From assembly GCF_006345805.1 (NCBI RefSeq), contig NC_043003.1:40176001-40240000 (forward strand): a stretch of 64,000 nucleotides of DNA, read 5' to 3'. The position numbers and the translations under genes are program-made. This DNA is from Octopus sinensis. Lineage: Eukaryota. The notes under the pieces are model-generated. The model did no database searches and was not told the DNA's origin. It was given only the letters and a program-made list of their open reading frames with translations. Shown one piece after another: positions 51,470-63,722 of the stretch (the first letter of the stretch is position 1; every line of letters starts with the position of its first letter).

Positions 51470-52145
51470 CTGAGAGCATTGCCATTCAATAAAGGTACAG
51501 CTATCAATCTAAAGGCATCACCATTTAATTAAGGACACTAGCTTTAAACTGAGGGTACCATTAAGCTATGAGAACCACTTTTAAACAAAAGTACCATCAT
51601 TAAACTAAGAACACTACCTTTAAATTCTGACTTTACAATTATATTAAGAGTACTGCTATTAAATAAAAGACTTTACCGTTAAACTTAGGGACTACCATTA
51701 ATCTGAGACACTACCATGAGACCGAAGACGCTACCATTAAACCAAGGGTATTAATATTAAACTGAATGCACCATCATTAAACTGAAGGCAGTGCCATTAA
51801 ACTGAAGGTGCTACCTAAAATGATGAGCTCTACCATTAAACCGATAGTATTACTATGAAGCTGAGGTACTATCATTAAGTTGAAGGCACTACCATTAAAC
51901 TAAGGCCACTCCATTAAAATGAAAGTAATGTCCTTAAACTGTAGGCATTAGCATTAACTTTGAAACGTTACAGTTCAACTGAAGATATTACCATTAAACT
52001 TAAGGCATTATCATTAAATTGAAGGTATAACACTTAAACGCTGCCATTCAACTGAAAGTATTACCATTACACCTAAGGCATTACCATTAAACTATGACAC
52101 CATTACACTGAGAGTTCTACTACTAAACTGAAGGCATTAGTATGA
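51470..52145. repeat. degenerate ~20-bp minisatellite
   Basis: Recurring ACCATTAAACTGAAGGCACT-like unit, roughly 30 copies. Confidence 0.85.
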
Positions 52146-52353
52146 ATTATAAAATACGCTAAATCTCTTGACGCATGGCGGTTTACAATCACTAAATTAA
52201 AAAAAAAAAACATTTTTCAACTAACAGACAGGGCGAAAGTTAATGGCAATGAAATATTTTCTCCAGAAACACAGACATATACAAACACATGCTCACACAC
52301 GCATGTAGACATACACGCATACATACACATGCACATACAAATTTATAAATGTA

Positions 52354-53490
52354 CTAGCAGAAATACTCGGCGTTGCTCGGGTTAAAGAAAAATAATGAAA
52401 TTTAAAAATGCCTTTTATATCTCTAACATGAAACATACCACGCAGATCTTATCTCATAGTAGCTGAGATACCAACTTTATGCATTAATAACCCGGCGTTT
52501 CCCAGGTTATTGAAAATAATGAAATTTAAGTATGCCTTTTAAAATGAAACGTGGATTATGCAGTTCTCAATAGTAACTAGCTGAGGTACAAACTATTAAT
52601 GTCAATAACATGTTTTATCCGATGTTCTTACTGTTAAAATTGTTAAAAAAACCAGATAGTTCTTTGTCTTTGGAATCATCTTCAATTGTCAGTACTTATT
52701 TGAAACACGTTGAAGTTGAAAGTGCATAAATTTGAGAAGAACCGGCCTGCGGGCGCTCCCCTCCTGTAAATAAGCACATTTAACAAAAATTCTATCAGAT
52801 GACGTGAGTATAAATAAATGTATTGAAACAAATTCGGAAATCAATCACAGTTTAATTATCAAGAGCTTCTAAATATACGATGTTTTGAGTGTGTCCTTTA
52901 ATTGGTGCATAAATGAAAAGGTTTTGGGGACTTCCAACTTGCGAACATCCCACTTATAATTGCCCATGAGAGAAACAAGACGAAGCCCAACAACCTTGAC
53001 AGACTGTGCTTGAGACTTGTTTATTGACATAGCAAAACTTAAAGTCACTGGGAACTGGAATCGTTTAGATTCAAAGGGGAGGTCATATGGGATTAACGAG
53101 ATCCGTGAAATGAAGACAACCTCTTCCCAGTCATAATTGTTGTCTCTAGGACATGGGGTTGCATCACATTCACCATTTCACCACCAGTCTGGTGCCATTG
53201 CACAGACAAAGTGGATCCAGAATTCCTGAGCAGCATGATTGGGGGACCTCTTTTTAAGTGTTAAGTGGCGATGTAGCATCCCAGATGGCTGAAGAGAGTT
53301 CAGAAACTCAACTGGAAAAACTGATCAATCACAGTTTCGAGGGATTTGAAAGACTGTTTTTGTCCGGGCAACAGCTGCAAGAGATTCTAGTTGATTTTCT
53401 TGACAGCATCGTTACGTGGATCTAAGATTGCTCGCTCATAGAGCCATTGACTGTTGCTAAAGTTTTGTGCAATGTTTGGGAGCACATGCA
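52354..53490 (-). mobile_element. Helitron 3' portion with Pif1-like helicase pseudo-ORF
   Basis: The minus strand gives PNIAQNF...WLYERAIL.PRND...FPVEFLNSLQPSGM...PIMLLRN and [34 protein letters not shown]...FSHGQL; it ends with a hairpin and CTAG|T at 52354. Confidence 0.88.
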
Positions 53491-53529
53491 TTATGAGATC
53501 ATTGACAGTTGGTACCATCTCACCACAGG

Positions 53530-54820
53530 CTTTCTGTCCCCACCCCCGATTTTGGATGATCATAACTTTCAGAAAAATGGATATTCTTCAATGAAATTTT
53601 CTACGAATATGTGTTATATTATGTAAATTCCGAATATACAAAATGTTTTTTGGAAAAGTGTTTTAGGAGGGGTGGGGAGGATTTTCGGAAAATTCACCGG
53701 AGTCCACTTCAATTCGTCTTAACTTTCAGGAAAATGGATATTTCTTAATGAAATTATCTACAAGTATACCTCGGACTGTGTAGATTCCAAGCATGTAAGA
53801 GTTTTGGGGAAAACAACTGAGGGTTATTTTTGCGAACTGTTCCCCACTCGGGAGTGTTTCGGAACAAGTCGTCCATATTTGCTCCAGATTCTCGGTTCTG
53901 TGCGTTTGTGCATCCGTATAAAACACTTGATCCTAGTCGTAAAATTTTGGGAAAAAAACTGAAAAGTTAAGGAGGTGGGTGTATTAAAAAAATCAAAAGG
54001 ATTTTTTTTTGCATATTCATAATCTCCGTTGGAGACAACGTCGGAATCAGTGGAAAAAAAAAGCACAAAGGGGTGGCATGCTCATTTTGAGTGTCCTCAC
54101 ACACACACACACATATAATGAAAAATGTTCAAACGTGGAATTATTCCATTCAATATCTTGTTTATTAAAGAGATTATGTAACAAATTATACTTTACGCTT
54201 CTATATTTAACTGTGCGTGTATATTCCTTATTTTTGCTTCTTGTGTCTTCTGCCTTTCTATTAGAACCGTTTACCTGGGAATTTACATGAAGTAAAAAAA
54301 AATCGTATACAACAGATAAGTCATCTTAACATATATCTGTGTACCAGACAATTAGTTGTTATTCTTTAGCATGAGTCTTCTGGTGAGGGCTTCATTTACC
54401 TTCATTGTCTGTTGCTTCAGTAGAAATCTACGGATGCACAAACGCACAAAACAGAGAAAATGTAACTAATATGGACGACTTGTTCCGAAACACCCCCGAG
54501 TAGGGAATAGTTCTCAAAAATAACCTCCAGTTGTTCCCCGCTCCCAATTCCTATATGCTCTGAATCTACATAGTCCGAGGTATATTTGTAGACAATTTCA
54601 TTTTAAAATATCCATTTTCTTGAAAGTTAAACGAATTGAAGTGGACTCCGGTGAATTTTCCGAAAATCCTCTTCCACCCCTCCTAAAACACTTCCCCCCC
54701 CCCATAATTTTGTAGATTCGGAATCTACATGATATAAGACATATTCGTAGAAAATTTAATTAAAAAAATATCCATTTTTCTGAAAGTTATGATCATCTAA
54801 GTTTCGGAGGGGCAGAAATC
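53530..54820. repeat. long inverted repeat (~390-bp arms, ~500-bp spacer)
   Basis: 53530-53920 versus 54428-54820, e.g. TTCCAATTCGT/GGAAAATTCACCGGAGTCCACTTCAATTCGT mirrored as ACGAATTGAAGTGGACTCCGGTGAATTTTCC. Confidence 0.85.
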
Positions 54821-54926
54821 TCTAGTTATGCCCTGTTGACAACTGATCAATTAAATGAAATCTCCATATGAAATTTTTTTTCTCTCTCGCTCTCTCACGC
54901 ACACACACTCACAGGTATATATCTGA

Positions 54927-55326
54927 CTAGCAGTATCGCCCGGCGTTGCTCGGGTTTGTAAGGGAAATAACTATATAAGCATTTTTAGAGAGTTATAGCC
55001 AAAAAATAGCAAAAAAATGCATTAAAAATGGGAAAAAAATTATGGTAAATGTTTTTTTAAATCGTTGACTCATCGTAGACATTTTTAGAGAGTTACTTCC
55101 CTTATATAATAGCGAAAAAATGCATTAAAATGGAAAAAAATGATGGTAATTTTTTTTTTAAATCGTAGACTCATCGTAGACGCGCGCTAATACCCAGAAG
55201 TGCTCGATATGAATCACGACTATAAGATACCCGGTTTTGGTTAAACTGCACCGCAAATAATGTGGGAGTAGTCAGGAATCTAAATCGTAGGAGACAGACA
55301 CACAGCTTCACTTTTATATATAAAGA
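54927..55326 (-). mobile_element. non-autonomous Helitron
   Basis: The minus strand has an A|TC start at 55326 and CCCGAGCAACGCCGGGCGATACTGCTAG|T end; the 3' part is shared with 17517-17901. Confidence 0.82.
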
Positions 55327-56194
55327 TATATCTAACACAAATAGAAAGCCGGAGAAGAATATTAAAAATGAAAGTAACTTTAGACATTCTTTTTTATCCG
55401 AGACCGTCACAAATATAATGATGTATACCTACGTGTGTGTGTGTGTGTAAATAGCTTTTTACTTAGTTACTTTGTTGACATTGGTAAAACTGTTACACAA
55501 AAGTTTTAATAAGTCGATTTGCGCCAAGAATAATCATATGGGATTTAAATTTCGAAATATCAAGTCTTAATAAGGCGACTTGTTCCAAAAAAAAAAATGT
55601 CCGAAATATGTATTGGAAAATCAATGTACAATATACAATAATTAAATGAGAATTTAATTAATTAAGAAAAAGGCGTCTATGTCCGTATGAAATTTTTTTT
55701 TCTGACATAAAAGTACATTTAGAAATTTTTTTTTCTGACATAAAAGTACATTTAGAAATTCTTTTTTTTATCAGAAATCTTCACAACTGCAATGGTGTAT
55801 ACATACGAGTGGGTGTAAACAGCTGGATAGGACGCCAAAGACAGGAAGTTCAGACACAGGAAGTTGAGGAAAAGATTTAAAGAAGTGAATCTTTATATAT
55901 ATAGAGCAATATTATTTATTCTTAAAAACAAAAAAAAAAAAAAAATCAAGACCGTGTTATTCTTTTCAAGGTCAAATTATTTATGTACCCCGAGTATGGT
56001 ACAGATTGATTCAGAGGACTGAGTTACATTGAGGACACACACATATTAAGATAATTGTATGTTGTGTGTACATACATATAATCCACCAAGAAAGCACCAG
56101 GAAGAGATTTGAAGGCACAAGAGAATTTGGTTGCTTGCTCATGTTACGGTTCTGTAGAAGACAGAAGAAGAGGTAAATAATTTGAGCTCGAATG

Positions 56195-56368
56195 CTGCGA
56201 TTTCATTGGTTAAAATTCGTAAAAATTAAACTACGTTTAAGTTACGAATAACAATTTTGTTTTCAATTTTGTTTACAATAATGTTTTCTTTGACACATTC
56301 TACCAGTATACGAAGTTTCAAATTGTTTAGTTAACTAGGAAAATCTGGCCTTCAAAAAGAAAAGATCC
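56195..56368. mobile_element. right end of a relative of the GGATC-TIR element
   Basis: TGACACATTCTACCAGTATACGAAGTTTCAAATTGTTT...AAAAGATCC matches 41048-41134; left end not found. Confidence 0.7.
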
Positions 56369-56415
56369 AAATCACATAATTAATTTGTAAGCTTAGTACT
56401 TACCGTACAGTAAGT

Positions 56416-56835
56416 ATCTTTATTATGATCATGGTGATCTCACAGGACAAACAAAAGACAAGAATGTTACATGAGTTCGCATGATATAATTATTAAAAAT
56501 TTACTTAAATAATATGTATTTTATATATCATTTGAATTTTCCTTTAAATAGAACTTTGATTTAAAATGAAACTAAATCAAAGAAAAACACGAACAAAAGG
56601 TTAAGGGTCGCACCTGGCAGCCTGTAAAGCCCAGCAACGAACTTTCCCTTTCCTCAATGATTAAGCTGGGTTACTAACACCTACCTTTCTCATCACATCC
56701 TTCCATCGTTTCTCGAATACTCTCGGTGACAGGGTCCTCCTCTCCAACCCCATCTTGTTCTTCAGATGGTATCTGAAGTAGGTCAGTAAACAGGGGCCTG
56801 AGATGAAAGACCCTTTCACAGCACCTTCCATTCTC
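56416..56835 (-). mobile_element. 5'-truncated Tx1/L1-like LINE (ORF2 C-terminus) with 17-bp TSD
   Basis: CTTACCGTACAGTAAGT at 56399-56415 and 56836-56852. The encoded GSFISG..L..YFRYHLKNKM..ERR.LS...F.KRW resembles Tx1/L1 ORF2 ends; the 3' end reads AATAAAGAT. Confidence 0.65.
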
Positions 56836-58689
56836 CTTACCGTACAGTAAGTGATGGCAGTTAATTTTCCAATCAAATAAAGAAAATCATATTTTCATCA
56901 AATGAAAAAAAAAAAATTGCCGACACTATTTGTTGGTTGTTACTTTTTATGGAAGTGTTACTTTTTTTCGGGAGGAGGTCGAGGTTTTGAACTCAAAATG
57001 TCACCGATTCGAAATAAATACTACAGGGTATCCTGTCCGATGCTCTGACAATTCTGCCAATCCACTGCTTTGGAACAGGTAATTTTCTTCTTTTTTTTAT
57101 CGACTCTGAAGCCGTGAAAGACAAAGTTTACGTTGGGTGGAATTTGAACTTAGAACGCAGAGAATCGGAACAAATATTGCGAAACATTTCATCCCGAAAC
57201 TCTAACAACTTAGTGTCTTTTATTTTTTACTTTGTTTCAGTCTTTGGATTGCAGCCATTTTGGGACATCGCCTTGAAGAATTTTAGTGGACTAAATCGAC
57301 CTCACTTCCTTTATCAGTCTCTTTTGCCGAACTGCTAATTTATGGAGACGTAAACACAGCACTACCGGTTGTCAAACAGGGTGAGGGACAAGCAGACATC
57401 TCCCCACACACACACTATGGACTTTCTACCAAATGCACTCACATGACTTTGGTCAGCTCGAGGGTATAGTAGGAGACACTTGTCCAAGGTGCCACGCAAT
57501 GGGACTGAACCAGGACCCATGTGGTTGAGAAGTAAGCTTCTTACCATACAGTTACACCCGCACCTATTATACATATAATTATTCAGAGAATTATTTACGG
57601 CTCATGGTCTCAAGATGGCGAGTTCGATTTCCGTTGGTGCGTAATGGCCTTGCGTCAGACATTTTATTTTATGTTACTCTAATCCACTCAGCTGGGAAAA
57701 ATGAGTAGTACCGGTATTACATTAAAGGTACGTTTGTTTGTGGAGTGCTCAACCACTTGCTCGTTAATTTCACGAGTATGCTGTTCTGTTAATCGGATCA
57801 TCGTCGCAACTGAGATATGGGCCGATTAAGAGTTTAGATGTACTATACCTGTGAGTCTTCTTAACATACATACGCACTCATACGCGCACACATAGACACA
57901 CACATACATACGCACACACAAACGCCTGTGCATACATATACGCATGCATACACATACTCGTACACATACACGTGCTCATACACATGAAGATAGCGGATTT
58001 AACCACTTTGTGCGCTAAATTACTGATGAAGTGTCTCCTCCATCATGGACTCACCAAGCGACGAAGAGCTACAAGTGTGGCAAAACCAGGATTGTATTTC
58101 CAAGAAACAGACGACAATTTAACGGAAAAAGACAGCCACACTGGTGACCGGAGACTCGTGATTGCTCCCATATATACTGCACATTTTGTGGGCTTTTATG
58201 AGTAAGGAAACTGTAGAAGTGACAGTTCATTGTTGCTGATATTCATGATATACTACTAAAACTAAAGATCTACTATCTGGGGGTTCAAGACCCTTACATC
58301 ACTATGGTAGTGTGGGGCTGACTCATTTTGTTGAAAATAAATCTCTACATTTTCAAAGTTCTCTTGAAAATGTCACATCAAGTACAAATAAATAGGACTA
58401 GTTACAGTACCGTCAAAAGAGAATTAATCTTTTAATCCTTTAGATCAGGGTTCACCAGACTTTTTACAGGGCGGGCTAGATTACTGAGAGGATGACGAGC
58501 GCGGACTACATAACTATGCTGCTTAATAGGCGTAGGAGTGGCTGTGTGGTAAGTAGCTTGCTTACCGACCACATGGTTCAGGGTTCAGTCCCACTACGCG
58601 GCACCTTGGGCAAATGTCTTCTACTATAGCCTCGGGTCGACCAAAGCCTTGTGAGTTGATTTGGTAGACGGAAACTAAAAGAAGCCCGT

Positions 58690-58726
<37 letters not shown>

Positions 58727-59042
58727 ATGTGTTTGTGTGTCTGTGTTTGTCCTCCCGACATCGCTTGACAACCGCTGCTGGTGTGTTTACGTCCCCATAA
58801 CTTAGCGGTTCGGCAAAAGAGACCGATAGAATAAGTACTAGCCTTACAAAGAATAAGTCCTGGGGTCTATTTGCTCGACTAAAGGTGGTGCTCCAGCATA
58901 GCCACAGTCAAATGACTGAAACAAGTAAAAGAGTAAAAGAGTAAAGAGAATACACAAAAATAAAGACAACCAACATATTCATTTACCAATAAGTTATCAA
59001 AGAAGGCAACGTTAGCAATAAGATAGTTATATAACACCCAGT

Positions 59043-59345
59043 GTGGAGGCACATGGTCTAGTGGTTAGAGTAGCGGATTCGCGGTCGAGGGATCGCGGGT
59101 TCGAATCTCAGACCGGGCGATGTGTGTGTTTATGAGCGAAACACCTAAGCTCCACTCGGCTCTGACAGAAGGTAATGGCGAACTTCTACTGACTCTTTCG
59201 CCACAACTTTCTCTCACTCTTTCCTCCAGCATTTTGCAGCTCATCTGCGACGGACCGGCGTCCCGTCCAGGTGGGGAACCTATACGCCAAGGAAACCGGG
59301 AAACCAGCCCTTAATGAGCCAGGCGTAGCTCGAGAAGGAACAAAC
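59043..59345 (+). mobile_element. SINE family B with 13-bp TSD
   Basis: Flanked by ATAACACCCAGTG; homologous to 35984-36278. Confidence 0.88.
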
Positions 59346-59456
59346 ATAACACCCAGTGCACACATATCCGAATCTCAAAAACCAAGCAGCAAAACAAGGT
59401 TAGTGAGATTCGTGAAACTGGTGTTTAGCCTTTAAGATGTTAATATTTGCTTTTAA

Positions 59457-59700
59457 GGCGGCGAACTGGCAGAAACGTTAGCACATCGGGCGAAATGCGT
59501 AGCCATATTTCATCTGCCGTTACGTTCTGAGTTCAAATTCCGCCGAGGTCGACTTTGCTTTTCATCCTTTCGGGGTCGATTAAATAAGTACCAGTTACGC
59601 ACTGGGGTCGATATAATCGACTTAATCCGTTTGTCTGTCCTTGTTTGTCCCCTCTGTGTTTAGCCCCTTGTGGGTAGTAAGGAAATAGATATTTGCTTTG
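59457..59700 (+). mobile_element. SINE family C
   Basis: GGCGGCGAACTGGCAGAAACGTTAGCAC head and GAGTTCAAATTCCGCCGAGGTCGACTTTG core; decayed relatives at ~10180-10400, ~33410-33600 and ~50050-50220. Confidence 0.85.
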
Positions 59701-60644
59701 GAATTGCTGCATCCAGCCAAGAGAATTGCTTTCAAATGTTCATCAGTCAACTTCGTTCGATGTGCTGATTTCACATACTTCATTATTGAAAATGTTTGCC
59801 CACAGACATAAGTTGTTCTGAACACTGATGCCATAACAGAAGCAAATGAGCTCTCATTGCATGTACTTACACAAAAGGTATAGTGCGGTGGCGGGCTGGA
59901 TGAACTGACCCCGCGGGCCGTAGTTTGGTGACCCCAGCTTTAGATGATAAACCGTACCATACTGTAACTCCTGGTTCACCAACATAATGTTCTTCCATAA
60001 AATGCAGTTTCTTAGTTCCTCTGTAAATGCGATTTCAGCATTTAATCGAACCGTTTAATTTAAATGTAACCTCATCACTCCAAACAGTCTTCGTTGGAAA
60101 GTGTGCATCTTCTATACATCTTGCCAAGTACCACACGCAAAACTCCACTCTTCGGCCCGGATCGACTTCATCATATACCTGCCAGTCTTGACAACATACA
60201 TACGCGCACATAGACACACAAGCACAAGCAGACACATGGACTGTTCTTCGAATGCAATTTTTCCAACAGCAGCGCTTCAAAATACGATGGACGTTTGATT
60301 TAGAAATTTCTGTCTTAAGACTCGTTTACCGTACAGATTTTCTTGAACTCTGGTTACAAGTTTCTAGTACTCTTTTTTATATTGTGGGGCTCATTGATGT
60401 TTGCGGTTTTCCGGAATGTTTCTTGGAGACATTCTGAACAGCTCCACCTGCTTCAGACTCACCTCTAATTTTAGTGATGCTAAGTTGCATGGGGTGTATC
60501 TGTGTGAAACTGTTTTTGGACTTCGATTGCATTATCAAAATAGCAGTAGTAAATTGCGATGTTTCCTTTGTTGAAAACTTAGTCAGGCTCCCTTTGTCAT
60601 TTGTATAGTATTAAAGAGTGTGTATACATTTTTCGGATCATCTA

Positions 60645-60723
<79 letters not shown>

Positions 60724-60974
60724 ATATATTGCCGAACCGCTGAGTGACGGGGACTTAAACACACCAGCATCGGTTGTCAAGCGATGTTGGGGGGACAAAC
60801 ACAGACACACAAACGTATATATATATATATATACGACGGGATTCTTTTAGTTTCCGTCTACCAAATCAACTCACAAGGCTTTGGTCGGCTCGAGGCTATA
60901 GTAGAAGACACTTGCCCAAGGTTCCACGCAATGGGATTGAACCCGGAACCATGTGGTTGGTAAGTAAGCTACTT

Positions 60975-63036
60975 TTATTCATTAAATTTGCCATGTAGGC
61001 AGAACATAGATAAGGTAGCTTTGCGGGCTGGACACAGACATTGATGAGGCGAATGATTATGATACAAAAATGATAAAGATGGGAGAAGACAGAAAGCGCA
61101 CGCCGACCCTCTGCTTCTCTAAAACATTGTCCTTTAAAAACACATATACAGAGGTACTAACCCGCTTACAATTTAAAATACAATATATTTGGACTAAAAA
61201 CTCCATACAATTATAAAACACAATTTATACACAAATTGGAGGTGATAAACCTCTACAATCCTTCCCCAAGTAATTTTCTTGCAACTTGTAGGCATTCCTG
61301 CAACCGCAATCCGGGGCCCCAAAAAAGAATACTATAATTCTCGTTTTTACACGAGTCAATTATAAGATCACAGTACTTTCTTTCCAGCACCAGAGCAGCC
61401 ACCTGCGGAGGCCACTCTGGGCTGTCAATACAAGTTGGGTCACTCAAGACCCGACTATCCATATTTTTCTCCACAAAACTGTTAATAGCCCCTCCCCCGA
61501 GATGGAAGGGGATATATTCGTCACCACTTTTACTGGGAGGGGACTCAATTCCCTCGCTCGGTGGCACACATCCCACCGACGAGGTTATCTTCTTCTCCTC
61601 CTCCGGTGGCACACATCTCACCGAAGGGGTTTCGGGACATGCCGTCGCCGGCAATACTCCGTTTTTCTTCTTTCTCTTCTTTTTTCCTTTTATGACGGGA
61701 AGGTGGAGTTCTTCCGACATCTCTGGAGGACCCTCCCCCCCCGCCGTCTCAGGATCCTGCGGTGGGGAACCATTGTTGCCCACCTTTCTTTTCTTCCCTT
61801 TTGTTTTCGAGGAGGTTACCTCCTCCTCGACTTTTTCCTCCACTGGGGGAGCAGGGGACACCTTTTCAATTAACTGTTTCATGACCCTTGCCTGGTCCCG
61901 GCAACAGTTCTTCTTTATATGGTCCGATTCCAGGCACAAGTGACACTTGGGGGGACGTCCCTAAACCATCACCGGGTACCTGGAACCGGCCATTGTTAAA
62001 AAATCTGGTGAAACTAGATCATCGGCTGATTGGGTGCATAGGGTCATAATTGCTTTTGACCCGACCCTATCAACCGCAGGCAACATTTTTACATTTAAGA
62101 GCCTGGCAGGGCCGCCACTCAGGCCCCGACGGGTAGTGTCTTCTATCCACTCGGTCTCTATACCGGGTGGCAGCCCACACACCCAGGCACTTGTCAACTT
62201 TCTACCGCCATAAGTAGGGAGAAACAAAATTTTCTCACCCCTCCGAAGGCATGCTCGCAAAATCACGAGCTTCCGCAGGGTGTCAAAAAGTACACACACA
62301 GTTGCGTACTTCACACCTATGCGGATAAACCTAACAGTTGGCAGGGAGTCTGCCAACTCCTCCTCAATTTCTTCATGAGAGAAGACCTTGTCAAGGACCC
62401 TAGAATAGGTCCTTAAAACCACCGTTCTCGCCGTATAATTTTTCAACCATTCTTTGGGGGCCACAACCTGCCACTCCAAAGCGAATTTCACAGTTGCCAT
62501 GTTGATAGCCAAAGAAAAAATAAAAATCCACAAACAAAAATCAAAATGTTCAAATGAAAGTCTATAAAGAAATTCAAAAAAGATCAGAAAGACAGACAGG
62601 AGAAGAAAGAGCGAAGGAAGATAGTCCAAAAAGGCAACACAACACAACACAATTCTGCTACTCTGGTAATACAAACTGGTAGTCCTTTGCAGCACAAATA
62701 GTATTCCACCCAACTCTGGTTGTACTCCTATCCTTGATGGTAAAAATTCACTTGAAAGGGCACAAACACAGTCATAGAAAATTCCAAAATATTTTCGGAG
62801 GGACACGCCTTCCAAAATAAACATTTCTCACTACGAAGTGAGCCTTCTTGCACGACCACTGGCAAACAAATGCCTGGAACCCAGTGAAGACCCCTGTTCG
62901 AAAAAATACTTAAACACAAACAGCAGACCCCACTAAGCTCCCAAAAAACAAATGCTTTACCTGTGGTCGTGCTTCAAATATTCAATTTTTCACGTACGAC
63001 GTGAGTTCCACCGCGACGAAAAACAACTTGGTAGCA
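60975..63036 (-). mobile_element. ORF1-only non-LTR retroelement (Tx1/L1-like ORF1, no RT) inserted in a SINE A head
   Basis: ~15-bp imperfect TSD GTAAGTAAGCTACTT / GTAAGCTAGCTACTT; the SINE halves at 60730-60974 and 63037-63075 rejoin; one long ORF; 3' end AATAAA. Confidence 0.8.
61253..62500 (-). pseudogene. Gag-like ORF1 (RRM-like N-terminus, CCHC zinc knuckle, acidic/basic low-complexity tail) with one in-frame stop
   Basis: ATG at 62500 (MATVKF...). The track ORFs 61961-62824 and 61253-61939 are in the same frame, separated by one TAG in YPVMV*GRPPKCHLCLESDHIKKNC (CX2CX4HX4C); 416 codons in total. Confidence 0.8.
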
Positions 63037-63134
63037 GTAAGCTAGCTACTTACCACACAGCCACTCCTGCGCCTGTGTATGTATATGTATATGCATATAT
63101 ATGTATATATGCCTGTGTATATATCTTTGCATGC

Positions 63135-63238
<104 letters not shown>

Positions 63239-63616
63239 GTGTGTGTGTGTGTGCGTGTGCGTACGTGCGCACGATCAAAAAGAATACATTGAACTTGCTG
63301 TGAGGAGTGGAAAATCCAACGTTTCTGACTTAATCCTTCTTCACTGGAAAAGTTGAAATGAAGGAGGGAGCGAGCGAGAGAGAGAAAGATATATATATAT
63401 ATATATATATATATAGGGAGAGTTTACGAAAAAAAACAAAAGACGAAGACAGGTGGTGTACAAAACAAACAGATGTATTAGTATAACGCTCAAGAATAGA
63501 AAAAGTCTTTTACGTTTCGAGCCTATGCTCTTCTACAGAAAGGGACACAGAAAAAACAAGGAGAGAAAAAATGTGTGTAGTGGCTAACGATCTATCATGG
63601 CGACTCATATGTATAT

Positions 63617-63722
<106 letters not shown>

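Larger units (their letters stand above)
58446..59937. mobile_element. hAT (Charlie/Buster-like) deletion derivative carrying three nested SINEs
   Basis: TSD CTTTAGAT at 58438-58445 and 59938-59945; imperfect TIRs CAGGGTTCACCAGACT and AGTTTGGTGACCCCAG; a hAT dimerisation-domain fragment (F.TTY.C.Q.FS.MK..K...R..LTDEHL) on the minus strand at ~59700-59834. Confidence 0.85.
58210..60420 (-). mobile_element. Tc1-like transposase remnant split by a hAT insertion
   Basis: [11 protein letters not shown]...PGVTVWYGLSS (right of 59937) continues as KGL...FDGTVTSPIYL...YFQQNESAPHYH (left of 58446). Confidence 0.72.

Noticed and set aside
50860-51480. Possible N-terminal part of a Helitron helicase (NNLLHLVIRR...MLAVVSRG)
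   Set aside because: The similarity is too weak by eye and the Walker A motif is not recoverable.
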